A DNA stretch of 63,678 nucleotides, filler included, from Neoconidiobolus thromboides FSU 785 (GCA_025603075.1; 4 parts of 4 records of this genome joined end to end with filler, not necessarily neighbours in it), one strand, 5' to 3'; shown: positions 1 to 13,202, counted from the first letter of the whole stretch. Program-made: numbers and translations. The notes: generated from the sequence alone by a model not told the origin.

Positions 1-800
1 CTCTAAGGAAAGATCTACCCAAGTTACAAACTTTATCATCTGTCTCGTCTTTAATCTCATAATCATTGTTATTTAACTCATCTTTCACACCTCAACCCTT
101 GCTGTTTGACTCATCATTTACTTTAGGTTTTATTTTAACATCTGTCCTAACTTTTATTTCAGCTTTTACTTTAGTATCTATCACATTTGATTTTGGAAAA
201 TTTTGAATAAAAACAGTCTAAAAAATAATGGCACTTTAGTGTGAAACAAGCTTACATTTCCTAATAGTTCCCAATCAAAATCAACCTTAACTATCATGAA
301 CTGTTAATATTAAATAACTAAATCAAATACCAAGTTAGCGGATCCTATAGCAGCTCTTAGAAAGTAGGATAAAACAACATAGGCCTAACATGTATATACC
401 CATAATATATTCTGAGAGCAACTAATAAGATATTTTCGTCTGCATTGACAGTTTTACCCTAAATCATTAGATTGTAATTCAAATTTTCATTAACCCTAAT
501 TATATTTGAGCCTTGCTCATGTACAACAAATATTTTTTTATAATTATTGGGTAGCTTATTTAATATCCTATATATATAGCATAGCGTAACTTGGAAACTA
601 TCCCTTTTAAAAACGATTTTATTCCTTTTATATTTTATTATTTTTACCATTATTATTTTTTTGCTTTGCTTATTAAGTCTTTGATCTTAACTTCATGATA
701 TCTTAAATATGTCATTAAAAACTTCTCATCCAAATAACTAGGTTCATAGATAGATTGAGTTTCTTTTACCATATTATCATCGTCGCTTAACACTATAACA
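1..800 (-). pseudogene. Degenerate reading-frame remnant, possibly a fungal transcription-factor-like gene
   Basis: Protein-like frames broken by stops (...VNDESNSKG*GVKDEL...; IYYGYIHVRPMLFYPTF*, loosely like the Y-F-x-x-IH-P...PTF start of Fungal_trans domains). Family guess is weak. Confidence 0.2.
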
Positions 801-1207
801 TCCTATAACATTATGTTTTTAATTTCTTTTTTACTACTGTTGGGTACTTTTTTCATTCGTATTGAAAATAAAAAATAGTAAAATGGATTGACGTTTTGTA
901 TTAATTTAAGCTTTTATAATAAATTCAATTCATCAAAAAAGCAGCTATTTATTAAACGCTAAGGCAGAGTAGAGTACTGCAACACTAACTGTTTTATTAA
1001 GTAGTAAAGTTGATATTACAGTATTTTATTCTTACTCAGATTTTATAATTTATAGATATGTTTTTATCCTATAATTGAAAATAATAACTTTAAGTTAAGA
1101 ATTTATTTATAATTTAGTGATAAAGAGATATTCTATTTCACTATAAAAGTTTGTATTCACAAATTTACATTTATAAATATTCCAAAATTGAGAATGTTAA
1201 TGAACCA

Positions 1208-1744
1208 TCATTGTTCAACAGCCACGAGAGCAGGTTGTACAGCAGCATTTATAGTACGCCCTTGATTAAGTCTCCATACTCTCTTGCAGAGATAGCCAGA
1301 AACAACTAAATAGGCAATATATGGTAACATAATAATGGTAGCAGTGGAACTCACTGGAAGGAAAGTAAGAGTAGCGAGCACAGCAAATATCAAAGTAAAC
1401 AGATGATCAACTAAAGCTAATAAAGGAGATTTAACTCTAAAAAAAAGTGGGCAAAAGTTAACATTGAAGAATAATTGAATACAATATAAAACCAGTTGAA
1501 CTTTAACACTAGTATTATTGAGAATCTTTTGACGCCATACTAAATAACTAGCGATTCCTTGGAATAAATACATAAGTGTCCAAATGGTACCAATAAGAGC
1601 TCTTGGTGGAGCCCAAATTGGCTTCTTTAATTCTGGATAATAAGTTTTAGCATACTTACGTACATGAGAACCAGAACCATAACCTAAGATTTGAGGGAGG
1701 GCTAAGAAGGTAATAAAACCAGCAATACGAGTAATTAAAGTCAT
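1208..1744 (-). CDS. TSPO: TSPO/MBR (tryptophan-rich sensory protein/translocator protein) family, 5-TM
   Basis: Motifs YPELKKPIWAPP..GTIWTLMY..QGIASYLVW, QLFFN..PLFF and LPY.....L...VWRLN. Likely start is MTLITRI at 1744, not the AT-rich upstream ATG at 1798. Confidence 0.85.
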   Translation of the reverse strand: MTLITRIAGFITFLALPQILGYGSGSHVRKYAKTYYPELKKPIWAPPRALIGTIWTLMYLFQGIASYLVWRQKILNNTSVKVQLVLYCIQLFFNVNFCPLFFRVKSPLLALVDHLFTLIFAVLATLTFLPVSSTATIIMLPYIAYLVVSGYLCKRVWRLNQGRTINAAVQPALVAVEQ

Positions 1745-2528
1745 TCTTATTTTTAAAAAGCACAGCTTATGTATGATTATATAATATCTAATATTCAATA
1801 TTTAATATTCAGTTGAAGTTTTTTTAAATATTATTCAGGAGATTTCAGAGTTTATTTATACTTACTTTCAAATATTGTACTAACTAAGATCACCCATATT
1901 TAACAAAGTAAAATAAGGTAGATAGTTAAATTAAAGTTGTTTAATTGACAACTTTGCCTCGTTTTATGTTATCTTCAGGCAATCATATTGAATTCTGTAT
2001 ATTACTATATATATTATATATTCAAATGATATAATAAAGATAAGTTTTGATTCATTAAAAATTATTTGAGATTTAATTATAAAGGATCAACTTTTTTTAA
2101 AATGTAACTTTAAACAGCTTGTTTGTATTTTGGTAAATCAAACAATGGACAATTTTGTCTGATTTTAGAATTAAATTATCACTTTTTAATTTAATAATTT
2201 ATAACATCAAAAAAAAAATAAAACATTTCATTACATAATAAAACTATTATTATGGCACTATAATTATTCATTTTTGTATGCTAATATTTAAAATTGAAAT
2301 TCTACTAATGAAATATAGTCAATATAGTTTAGTCTCTAATTAGAATCCAAATATTTTATTTGTTAAAAAACAATCTAAATTGTTCATGAATTTAAGAACT
2401 TATGCATACATTTTGAGCTTTTTGCAATTTGTGACTTAACAATATCTTTCTAACTAAATTTTATATCAAACTTAATTTTTATCAACGATTTTGATAAAGA
2501 TCAATACAAAAAACCGACTATTATAAAA

Positions 2529-3322
2529 ATGAGTGGTTTCACAATAAGACAAGAGTTCCAAACGAAGCTAGTAAATTTAGGAGTTAAACAGAGCGTTTTA
2601 AAAGGATTAAAACAATATTGTATCAAATATTCATCTAACTCGCTAGATCTATTTCACTGCATTTTAGAAAGGATTCACAGTCAACCATTTTTAAACAGAA
2701 TCAATTATTTTTACTTGTTAGAGTGCTGTTGTATTGATGAGAAAGATTCTAAACTGTTAACACTGCAATTTAGTGCAAATTTTCGTAAATTGTTTTATAA
2801 GAATTTCGACTCGATATTAGACGGTTTATTGCCTTGCGATCCTTTAGGTTTAATTAATTTATCAAATGTTAAAAAGGTAGCTTAATAATAGTTATTTATG
2901 AACGATGTTTATTTTTAGACTGTTAAGCTTTTAAGGAGTAAAAATGCATTTAGTGATAAAATTATTGATGAGATGGAGCAAAAAATTAACTGTAGAAATT
3001 TCAGGTAATTTTATTTTAATATTGTAATTATTTACTTATTATATATTAGAGAAACTAAAGTTTTAAATATCCCTAAAGAGGACATATGGAAGAAAATTGA
3101 AGAAGATAGGGAAAGAGTAAATATATTTATTAAGTTAAATACCATAACTAATTTTTTTAGAATAAATGGTACAAAGAAGAGAATTGGACTCAAAAATATG
3201 ATTCAGAAAATAATGAAAAAGAGTTTGATGATTTATTAGATGCATTCCCAGATGTTGAAATGGATACTTTTTTAGAAGATTTAGAGAAAGAGCATGCTAC
3301 ATATGTTTTAGACTGTTTATAG
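2529..3322 (+). CDS. CTK3: CTD kinase I gamma subunit (Ctk3)-like, 4 exons
   Basis: N-terminus F.IRQEF..KL..L......K....YC.KY....DLF.CILE.....NR.N.FY.LE and C-terminal IEEDRER...W match the Ctk3 pattern. GT-AG introns at about 2877-2918, 3005-3049 and 3117-3160; TAG at 3320-3322. Confidence 0.75.
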
Positions 3323-3370
3323 TTATTAATGAAATGTAAAATTGAAGCGGTAACATAACGATTGGGTGCT

Positions 3371-4858
3371 TTATTTAGGTACTCTAGCTAAAACTCTTTC
3401 AGCCCATTTTACTACTGGAAGATCGATACTATTTAAATAAACATTAAAATTCACAGTATAGTAATTTTAAATAGTATTACACTTGACCATCTAATTCGAA
3501 TGCCCCGAATCCTTTTAGACTATGTTTTTCATAACCTAGCATTTTAATTTAATCTTACTGAATCGACTAGTTTCTTACCTTCTAATATCTTTGTTGCCTT
3601 TTCAATCTCTAATAAAGTGAATAAAAGTGAATAAAAGTCTAGCTAGTGCGTTTAAATTAAATACCTTTGTCATCTGGGATAAACTTAGATTGAATCAGTG
3701 AAACTTGGTTTGGGTGGATAGCTTGCTACAAAAGACATAAAATAAATATAGTTGTTTTAGAATAGTGTACCTTCCCAGTAAATCCCATTTGATACCCTTC
3801 TTCGCACTCCTGCTTTAATATTTCACTATCTTTGAACTCTAAACATACCTATATTTATTAATAATTTAATTTTATAGCCTCGCTGTTATTACCAAATCAA
3901 TGGCTTGTAATTGATAAGCTTTTGCTGTGGTAACCATAGCACTTCTAGCATACAGCATCTCTTTTCTATCACTAGTACGTTTCAATCCTTTTTAAAATTA
4001 ACAAATACTTTTGAAAGTTTCAACAGTATACCTAAATCCGCACAGAAGTCTTCAGCAGCAAACTAGAACAAGTTAACGGCCGCTTTTAAAATAAAGTTAC
4101 TTACAATCAATCCACCCAATTTTTTATCGCTTTTAGCAATCTCTTGTAAATTCATTATCGCCAATGCGCTCTCAATAGATGCAATAATAGCAATCTCATT
4201 TTTACTTTGAAATATTAATAGATATTGACTTTATATTAAATAGTTCTACTTTTTAGGGTTTTTCTTTAAATCAATCATGTGTGAAACAAAGCTTATATCA
4301 TGACTACTTTGAACTTTAGGTATGACAATAGCCTGTAAATTCTCACTTTTTAACTAGCTAATTAATATATTGAATCTAGAACAATGTTTTGTATTTACTA
4401 TTATGTCAAGATCATCATGCTCAAAGCCTAATACATTAAGTAATATACTTCGATAAAAAACATTATATTATTACCAGAGCCAACATGGTTGATACGAACT
4501 GCTCTTTCACTAATAGTATTTGTTGATTCCTTTCAAGAACTTTAATAAAATTTTACAAAGCAAATAAAAGTAACTTACGTTTAAAGTAGCCAAAACTTGG
4601 TTCCTAGCTAAGTCTTTTGACTGAAATGGTACCGAGTCTTCAAGATCATAAGTTAAACAATCAGCTGTTAATTTCATACTGCTAGTTAACTTTCTTGGGT
4701 CACTACCTGGAACTTTTGAAATGTTAATTAATTCTATTTCTCAAACTTGAGTTACCATAAAATAACGCTCTTCTTATACGTTGATTTACTGAAGTAACTA
4801 TATTCCTTCTAGTGACTAATTGAAGTTGACGGCTTACTAAGTTGCTTATATTTCTCAT
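3371..4858 (-). CDS. CLYBL: Citrate lyase subunit beta-like / (S)-citramalyl-CoA lyase (CitE/HpcH family), multi-exon, probably mitochondrial
   Basis: Spliced translation MRNISNLVSRQLQLVTRR (presequence-like)...RRALFY.PGSDPRKL...DCLTYDLEDSV...IASIESALAIMNL.EIA...FAAEDFCADLG...GFTGKQAIHP.Q...IDLPVVKWAERVL. Confidence 0.85.
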
Positions 4859-5014
4859 TTTGATAATTTGTTAGAAATTGAAAACACGTCAACTTATCCA
4901 GGCTATAAAATCGAAAAATAGATGACGTCACTGTGGTTTTTTTTTCGAAAAATACAAATTAAAAAACTAACTAAAATAAGCACAATACTTAAAAAAGTAT
5001 AAAATAACAGTAGC

Positions 5015-5118
5015 ATATGGGTGATGTTTTCAAGTTCGTTATTTTTTCATCTTTTGAGCACTATTTGAGTGAGAAAATTATTAGTAAAATTCTTAAACAC
5101 AAAAATACATCCCCATAT
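5015..5118 (-). mobile_element. MITE-like ~105-bp family copy
   Basis: ATATGGG(T)GATGTTTT...AAAAATACATCCCCATAT termini plus the family core. Confidence 0.8.
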
Positions 5119-5284
5119 ATTCAGATATATATTTAAAATTATTGTGGAAAAGTTACTTTATATTTTAATAAAATAAATATCTTGGCCGATAGGATTATAG
5201 TTTAATTTCAAAGTCTCAAAGTTTATAAATAAAATTCAAAACAATAGAAGGGAAGCCTTGCTTATACCTTTTTTATAACCATAC

Positions 5285-5374
5285 ACATGGGGAATGTTTT
5301 GATTCATTACTTTTTTCATTTTTCGAGTGCTACTTGAGTAGAATAATTGCTAGCAAAATTCTTAAACAAAAAAT
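5285..5374 (-). mobile_element. MITE-like family copy (one end truncated)
   Basis: Family core; lacks the final CATCCCC. Confidence 0.7.
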
Positions 5375-5383
5375 AAATTAAGA

Positions 5384-5488
5384 TAAGGGGATGTATTTTT
5401 ATGTTTAAGAATTTTACTAACAAATTTTCCACTTAAATAGCGCTTAAAAAATGGAAAAAATAATGAAGTCAAAAAAAGCACTCCCATA
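5384..5488 (+). mobile_element. MITE-like family copy
   Basis: GGGGATGTATTTTT..AAGAATTTTACTAAC..AAATAGCGCTTAAAAAATGG..CTCCCATA. Confidence 0.8.
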
Positions 5489-6147
5489 AACACTTGATAG
5501 AGGCTCTTTTTTTATAATTTAGATAAACCACATGATAATGTTTTATATCTCAGTACTTTATTAATAATTGTATTTAATAAAACTCATTACAATACTTAAA
5601 CAACAAGTCATTCAAACCGGAATAAAATTGAGTTTGCATCCGAATTATCCCACGTTATAAACAAAGCTTTTTAAAAATCTTGAAGGAGCCCCAATCGGTT
5701 CCCAAGCCTTTTTATTTATAGAAAAAATCCAAAGTGAGTTAAGGGATGAAGATTAAGGTGGAAGGAGTAGGTTAGGTAGGGATATCTATATAAGTTTTAG
5801 GAAGGTTCTTAGTAAGGAGTGGCTTTCTTATTAGAAAGCATTCAGTAACTCATTTCATATTAAAATATAGTAATGCTTATTTACCATTTAAGGGATAAGA
5901 AACTATTTTGGTTCCATAGACAAATAGAATTTGATGTAATTAATAGGATATTTTTAACACTGGTAATGATAAACCTTAGTTTAAGGGAAAAAAGTAAAGA
6001 TTAATAGGATCAAAAATACCCAACTATATCCTTAAAGTCTATAAAAAATATATCCCTTATTTAACCATTGTTGCTTAAGCTAGTTCAATGTTGTACAATA
6101 GGTATAAAAGAAAGAAATTTCGTATCAACAGTGTTTCAAAAATAAAA

Positions 6148-6288
6148 ATGAACTTATACTTCTTAGCTATCCTTATCCCTTACATTAGCGTATCTCTTGC
6201 TTTACCTCAAGATTTTAGCCAATACTCTGACCTTGATAATGAGGACTCTTCACCTAAGATAGTCCATCGCCCCCGTCATGGTTTCTAG
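6148..6288 (+). CDS. Small secreted peptide, 46 aa (MNLYFLAILIPYISVSLA-LPQDFSQYSDLDNEDSSPKIVHRPRHGF)
   Basis: Hydrophobic signal-like N-terminus, A-rich context before the ATG, and an inverted paralog at 15793-15942 that keeps the frame. Confidence 0.65.
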   Translation: MNLYFLAILIPYISVSLALPQDFSQYSDLDNEDSSPKIVHRPRHGF

Positions 6289-6897
6289 CTAAAATACACA
6301 TTTACTCTGCGTTTATACTTTATGATGTTTACATTTATTAAATAATTTTGCTATATTTTTTATTATTGAATTACATGTACATTCAAAGGTTTTAATTTAT
6401 TTCGTTTAACAATCATTACCTTTAGTAAAAAAACAGCTCTTTAGCTGAATAAAGCATATGTAACTAATCAATTATACATCAAGTTATTTCAACATCATTT
6501 TTATTTAAATTATTGTCAAAATGTATTTCAATAAAAAGTATTTTTTATGTCTTTAAGTAGATTTTAATTATTGAAGGAAGGAGCTTCGCTCCCAACTGCT
6601 TGCTTTATTAATGAAAATAAGGAAAATTGTAAACTGAATGACATAGGGTTCCTTAAGTAGCTTCACCAATAGTATCTTCAAAATTTAAAATATTAAACAT
6701 TGAAATAACAAGAGTGGGTTAATATTATCCGATATTAGAATCCAAAATGAACTATTAGTATACCAAAATATCTTATTTTTAAATCAAATCTATCTAGCCT
6801 TGATTTGATTACTCTATTCAAAGATGAAAATGAGTAAGTCAAAAATAGTTTCTAGAGAATTAAGTTTTTTAGGAATCTAATTGTGTTATTTTATGAG

Positions 6898-7084
6898 AGT
6901 TCGGCTTCACCCTGCGGTAGTGCAATACAAGGGAAACCTGTGGAGAGGCATTGAGCAAGCCCAATGCTTTCTCCGAAAACCAAAGATTGAGTTAATAACA
7001 TTTAAGTCCGTAGACTTAATTTCAGTTATTAAACTGAAAAGAACAGATACTACACTTGATCTTAGCCAAAAGGCTTGAGAGGAT
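6898..7084 (-). ncRNA. U2: U2 spliceosomal snRNA, copy 1
   Basis: Minus strand reads ATCCTCTCAAGCCTTTTGGCTAAGATCAAGTGTAGTATCTGTTC (stem I + branch-point recognition GUAGUA) and has the stem IV loop TATTGCACTA. 3' end approximate. Confidence 0.95.
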
Positions 7085-7897
7085 TGTAAAGATCAATCAA
7101 TGAGAGTGGCTGCGATTTTATTGCCCGATTGAACTTTTAAAATAATCAAATTGTGGGTTTTTGATTAATCTCATGGGTTAGTTTACTTTAGTTAATTTGC
7201 TGATGTCTTGGAATAATCAAATCATTGTGCTTAGCTTTCTAGAATAAACTAAGCTGGCTTTTGTATTACTGTTCTAAACTAAATATGGATTGAATATTTT
7301 AACTTCAGGGTTACAAAGCTAAAATAGGAAATGCAGTAACAGTTAAATTTCGAGAATATATTATTGAAAATACCTAATCCACGTTTGTGTTATACCAGTA
7401 GTACACAAATTTAATGTGAGTTAAAATCTTTATACAACATACAAATCTAATATACAATAGCAGTAGTTTTCTAAAATTACCTTTTAATTCCAATTCAATC
7501 TTAAATTAATTGTTGATAAAATATCAAACTCTACTCCCCAATTCATACTCTATCACATTTCAAGTGAATGCTTCTTTGAAATTAAAAGCATGTATTTATA
7601 AGATTTTGCTACAAAATAAATTAAATGTAGCTTAGGCATTTTTATTTTTATATTTGCTTAATGGAAAAGTAGAATAATTCTTCATAGTCAGATTTAGATA
7701 ATGTAGAATCAAAAATGCCCAAACTGCGTTTGATTTACTTTTGTAGTAGCATTTAGTTTAACTTTATCAACTTTTTTATAATCAAATTCTTTATTTTGGG
7801 CAGATTTTACGGTAGTAAGCTACATAGATCACTGATATGATATTTAATAATGTATGTAAACAAGCAAAAAGCAATTTATTTACCAAAACAACCTTAT

Positions 7898-9820
7898 TCA
7901 CTCATTTTTAAATACATAAACATAGATCGCCTTCTCTGGTGTATTGACAAGATATGACCTGGATCCCATATTTTTTTCATCTTTCAACTTGAACCTAAAA
8001 CTGTAGACTAATGAAGCAGTGGCTAAATAAAGTTCCATCCAAGCTAAACTATAATATAAAATATCAATATCAGTACTATATATTAACTACATGATAATAA
8101 TATTACTTTCTACCTAAACATGCTCTTGGGCCAATTAAAAAGGGCATAAAGTTTTTATGGCTTTGAAATTTACCATTTTGATCAATCCATCGCTCTGGTT
8201 TAAACACACTAGGTTCTTTCCAGTACTTAGGATCGTTTTGAATATAATTTATATCTATTGTGGTAATAGTCTATATCAAAAATAGTGTTAATTATTACAT
8301 AACTGTGAATTTTAGAGAAATACTTTTTCAGGGATAAAATAGCCTTCAATGACTTTACCACCTATTGGAACAACTCTGGGTAAACCACCAGGTACAACAG
8401 GAAACATTCTTAAACCTTCATAAATCACAGCACGAAGATAATCACATTCTTCTTTACATTTAATAAAGTTAATTTGATTCAAATTTTCAAATTGGCCTTT
8501 TAGTTCATTTTTTAATTTCATGTAAATCTGTGGATGTTTTGATAAAAGATAGAAAACCCTAAAAGTAATTTAATATTATTGAACTATTGGTGACTATGAA
8601 TGGTACCATGTTAATGAATTTGATGTCGTATCGGACCCTGCAATTCTATTTTATTAAATTAGTATTGATAATAATTTATGAGTATTGTTTTTACAATTGA
8701 AGTATTGATTCTTCTACTATCTCTTTTTCGCTAAGCTTTTTTCCTGTATCTGGATCGGATGCATTGATTAGAGTGTTTAATATAGAATTCCTATTTGAAT
8801 TTCTTTTTGAATTCTCAATAGCTTCATATGAAAACTAAAAAAATACAATTAGTACTGTTATCGTTATTTATTGATAACAATTACTTTGTAAAGTTGAGTT
8901 ATACTATTAAATTTATAGTGTTTTAAAAATGGGAATATTCCAACCTTAAAGTAATACTTAATATTAGAAATATAAACAATACAATTGACGTTACCATAAG
9001 AGATAAAAAGAAATAGTTCTTAATCCAATCAATAACAGGATGATGCCCATTTTTCAATGTATCAAAGGACTTTCCAAATGCCAAATCACCAATAACATCC
9101 TAATGATCATTTAATAACATAAATTAAATAAAATTTAGCAATCTCACAAATGAAAAATAGTGAAAATAAAGGCTCAGATCAAAATCTTCATTATTTGAGC
9201 TTATATCTCCAACCTTTGTAACTAAACTATTGACGTTTTCCTTAACTAAATACTCAACTTCTAAGATCGATTTATCTGAGAAACTTGACGAAAGTATCTT
9301 TTTCTAGTTTATGTTTAATAATTGGTTGATATTCATATATAAATATTTACTCTTTCGCGATGAAATTCCTTCTTTCTATTTGATTTCAGTTTAGTAATTA
9401 GCAGTCTAATGTTAAAGTTTATTTACCTAGTACTAAGTATCGTTTCGCCAGCAATTTGAAAGCCATTATAAAAGACCGATTTTTCAAAAGAATAAGTTGA
9501 ATAAACTTCTTTTGCTGCTTCATCGGATGATATTGATATACGATTCCAGCCTGATAAAATTTTACACTTTAAATTATTGACAAAATATTATATTTACTTA
9601 TTCGAACAACTTTCCCATATTTCTCGTGCAATATTTTTGAATATAAATGATAAGTACCAGCGAAGGTATATCCCCTGTAAGCCATTGGAAAAATCAAGTT
9701 TATTAACGGACCTGGAACTTTTCTTAATGGACTAAAAAATACATTATATACTACATTGTAAATCCAATAAAATGTTAAAGTAACTATAGTATAATTAAAT
9801 ATTAATATAAAAGTAATCAT
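7898..9820 (-). CDS. Cytochrome P450 monooxygenase, multi-exon
   Basis: N-terminal TM anchor then PLRKVPGP, I-helix AGSDTTSNS, ExxR (EGLR), PERW and heme motif FLIGPRACLG; about 8 short introns; stop at 7898-7900. Confidence 0.95.
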
Positions 9821-12035
9821 TTGGTTTTATATTTTCAAATTTTTTATCAAAACACTTTTATTTATACTTTTTAATTTTAAGGCATAGATTGAAAATCTCT
9901 ATGGGGGTGTCTTTGTTTCAGTATCTAACTAATGGTTCATTTAATCTTACATTGCATAGTAAACGGTTAAAATAGTTAAACACAGAAATACCTATCAGTA
10001 GTTATTTTATTCACAACGATTTCTTTTTTAAAGTCAAACTTTATTTTAAAATTACAAATACTATTGCTAGTTAAACTATTTCCCATTGGAAGGGCATGGT
10101 AAAGTTAAACCAGAGATGTATTTGTACATCTATATTTGGATTATTAGAATAAATTTGATTTGTGTAAACAATCCAAAACTTCAAAAACAAAAGGTGACGT
10201 ATATTTTGAGCCAAAAACTCGACTTATTTTATTATCATCAGCTTTATAAAAAAGGGGGAGACCATTGTTTATCAACACTCCATTATGCTATTTGAATCTG
10301 GGGGATATTATCCAGAGATATTAAATGATGTAAGAGTTCTATTAAATAAAATCGACAAATAAACATTGTAGACTAATTTGAAGCTAAGATTTAATTTTTT
10401 TATCAGGTTTGATTTTTTGCGAAAATTATTCAGGTATAAATATCATAAAGTTGGTTGCAATCTTTTCAAAGTTTAAAGGCTCAAAAGGCCTTTTCTTTAA
10501 TTTCAAAATAAGTTATATCTATGGACGCCCTTTGTTTCTGTATCTAGCTAAGTCTTTTTTATTTTACGCTACATAAAAATTAGATAAAAATCAAGCAAAA
10601 AGTGATTCCTACACTTTTTAACTTTCGATTTAAATTTATACTATCCTATACTCTGCACTATAAATTGTTTTGGACAAAAATACTTTTATTATGAAGTTGA
10701 TGTCGATGCTGAAATGATGTTTGATAAAAAACGTTTATTTACATTACAATATTGTATTATAATGTGTATTATATAATTTTTTTTGAAATTGCAAGCACGG
10801 AAATATGTGTTTAAAAATAAACTAAATTCATCTCAAGGGTAAGGAAAGAGCTTAACTCCCTTTCGGCACATCACATTATCTTTTAATCTTTATATTAACA
10901 TTTACCCTTTCGGCAATCGTTGTTTGTCTCTTACAAATTGGTTATCATAAGGTGAAGTATTTATAAACCATTTAATTCATCCAAGACTTGGCACCTGTAG
11001 TCGAACAATAAATGCTTATCTCAACCATATATATATGTTTTTTCTTTTTTTTTAATTACCACATACGAATGCTATAGCATTCTTTTTATCATAAATCTTT
11101 TAAATATCTAACCTTGAACGTATATCAATTTGTGAAAAAAAAAACTATAACAAACAAATGAGTAGACATTCTTTTTTATTATCCTACTCTTAGTTTGTAA
11201 GTACTTAAATACAATTACTAAGCAAAAGAATGACTTTTTTATAAACTAACAACCCATTTTTATACTCTACATTAAGATATTGATGAAGACTTTACTTATA
11301 TAACTACTAATAAATTATCAACTTAATTCTATACAGTATCTAGATTTATTAAATAGTTAAGCTGATATTACCTAAAATTAAAAAAGCGCATTGAATTATT
11401 TTAGATGAGATAAATATTACCTTTCTAAAAAATGATAACATATTTTAAAAAATACAACCAAGTGGGATCTAGCGCTTATTAGATGAGATTTTAAATATGT
11501 AGTTAAAGCAGAAAGTGAACTCACCTGATAAAATAAGTGCTACTATTACAATATTGGTAAATTTTATCTACAAATAAATTTATTGATAAATGAGCGATAG
11601 TGGGTAGCGTCCCCCCGTGTTATAGTAATAAAAATCATATATGGATTTTATTCCATTATACCCCTATTATTTTAACAAAGTGGTATTACATAAAATATAC
11701 GATTGTTTTGAAAATACTGTTAGGGTCTATCTAAACATTATTACCTTCAGTTTCAATAAGCTAGCTTCAATTCCAAAAGGTTTGTTATGGTATCTAGCGA
11801 CATGAAGTCATGTTTTGTTCCTATAACATTTTAAAATGAATCTTATAAGACGATTTATCTTGATTTTGTTTTAGGCTACTTATGATAAATAAAACATTTA
11901 TTAGAGCCTTTAAAAGTGTTACAACTGTTATCTGCACTCATTATATGGTAACTATGATCAATACTTATTGTATCTAAAGTAGTGATATATTTTTGATGAA
12001 CTTTCGAATCACCTTAAACATAAAAGGCTAAAAAA

Positions 12036-12140
12036 ATATAGGGCTATGTTTTTTGTTTAAGAATTTTACCAAAAATCTTTCTACTTAAATAGCGCTTAAA
12101 AAACGGAAAAATGATGAAACTAAAAAAAACAGCCCCATAT
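12036..12140 (+). mobile_element. MITE-like family copy
   Basis: Family core and CCCCATAT end. Confidence 0.8.
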
Positions 12141-12432
12141 GCTATGCTATACGAAAAATACTATTGAGAAATAAAGTTACTATATAAAATAAAATGTAAA
12201 TAGCATGTATTTCAACTATGCTTTAAAACTTTTCTGAAACAGAAAGTTATTTAGTGTGATATTATAAAGCCACTTTTACAATTAATGTAAATAAAAGTAA
12301 AGATAAAGTCTATTCTCATGGTTTTTATAAATAGTATCCAATTCAATACAAACTTAAAGAATATAAAAAAATATTGGAATGTTTGGAAAGAATATTGTTC
12401 TTATAAGAGTGTATTTCCACAAATAGTTTAAT

Positions 12433-12539
12433 ATATGGGAGTGTTTTTTTTGACTTTATTACTTTTTCTATCTTTTAAGCGCTATTTGAGTGGAAAAATT
12501 GTTAGTAAAATTCTTAAACACAAAAATACATCCCCATAT
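12433..12539 (-). mobile_element. MITE-like family copy
   Basis: Both termini and family core. Confidence 0.8.
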
Positions 12540-12597
12540 ATAAATAATTTAGAACACAAATATGCCTTTAAAAAAATCGAATTTTAACCTTTAAATA

Positions 12598-12694
12598 TAG
12601 AAACATATTTTTTTATTCAGGAATTTTAATAACAATTTTCTGCTTAAATAGCATTTAAAAATAAAGTGATAAAACCAAAAAAAACACCCTATAT
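12598..12694 (+). mobile_element. MITE-like family copy (degenerate)
   Basis: Core GAATTTTAATAAC..AAATAGC..AAAAAACACCCTATAT. Confidence 0.65.
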
Positions 12695-12744
12695 AAATAT
12701 GAACAAAGGAAACTACACGGTGCTGACTAATGCCTTTTATCTAA

Positions 12745-13190
12745 TTAATGTTAGAAAGAGATGGAAAGTATTAAACGAAAGTGAAAGAAATTTAGTAAGA
12801 ATTCTAATTTCAAAAGGTATAACCCATCAAGAAATTCCAGATAAATTAAATGTTGAAAGGAGTACTATTACTATATTATCGCTGAGTTTCAAGAAAACAT
12901 TGATGGGCTTATTCATAAATTAAAAGAATAGTTAAAGAAAGGAATGCTTCTATAACCAATTATTTGAACATTGTCTTATTAAAAATGAAACGAATATTAA
13001 AGAAGTAGTTGTATATGCTCAAGATTTAGCAAATAGTATTGGCTTTAAAGCCAATATCAATGGGTCCTTTATTGCTAAATTCTTAAAAAATAACAATATT
13101 GAAACTCGTATTCTAAAAAGCAACATCCCTCATGAATTTTCACTAAACCTAAATACTTTTTCTAACCAAGATTATAAACCTTCGCTCTTC
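12745..13190 (+). pseudogene. pogo/Tigger (CENP-B-like) transposase N-terminal remnant
   Basis: RKRWKVLNESERNLVRILISKGITHQEIPDKLNVERSTITIL resembles the CENP-B N-terminal/psq HTH; after stops and a frame change, ...IKEVVVYAQDLANSIGFKANINGSFIAKFLKNNNIETRIL resembles HTH_Tnp_Tc5. No DDE domain seen. Confidence 0.6.
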
Positions 13191-13202
13191 GATTCAAACA
13201 TT

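Larger units (their letters stand above)
5860..7104 (+). repeat. Left arm of an inverted segmental duplication (peptide gene + U2 snRNA)
   Basis: Reverse-complement match to 15097-16235: clearly homologous but diverged over the peptide gene and promoter, essentially identical over U2, weak in the spacer. Confidence 0.85.

Noticed and set aside
5600-5830. Purine-rich, LTR-looking patch (similar patch at 33150-33310)
   Set aside because: No TG..CA boundaries, TSD or second copy found.
6881-7078. Identical 65-aa ORFs at 6881-7078 (+) and 15123-15320 (-)
   Set aside because: They are the antisense strand of the two U2 snRNA genes, not proteins.
10855-10915. CCCTTTCGGCA repeated twice about 1 kb upstream of the P450
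   Set aside because: Could be a CGG-type Zn2Cys6 site, but two 11-mers without comparative support are not enough to call.
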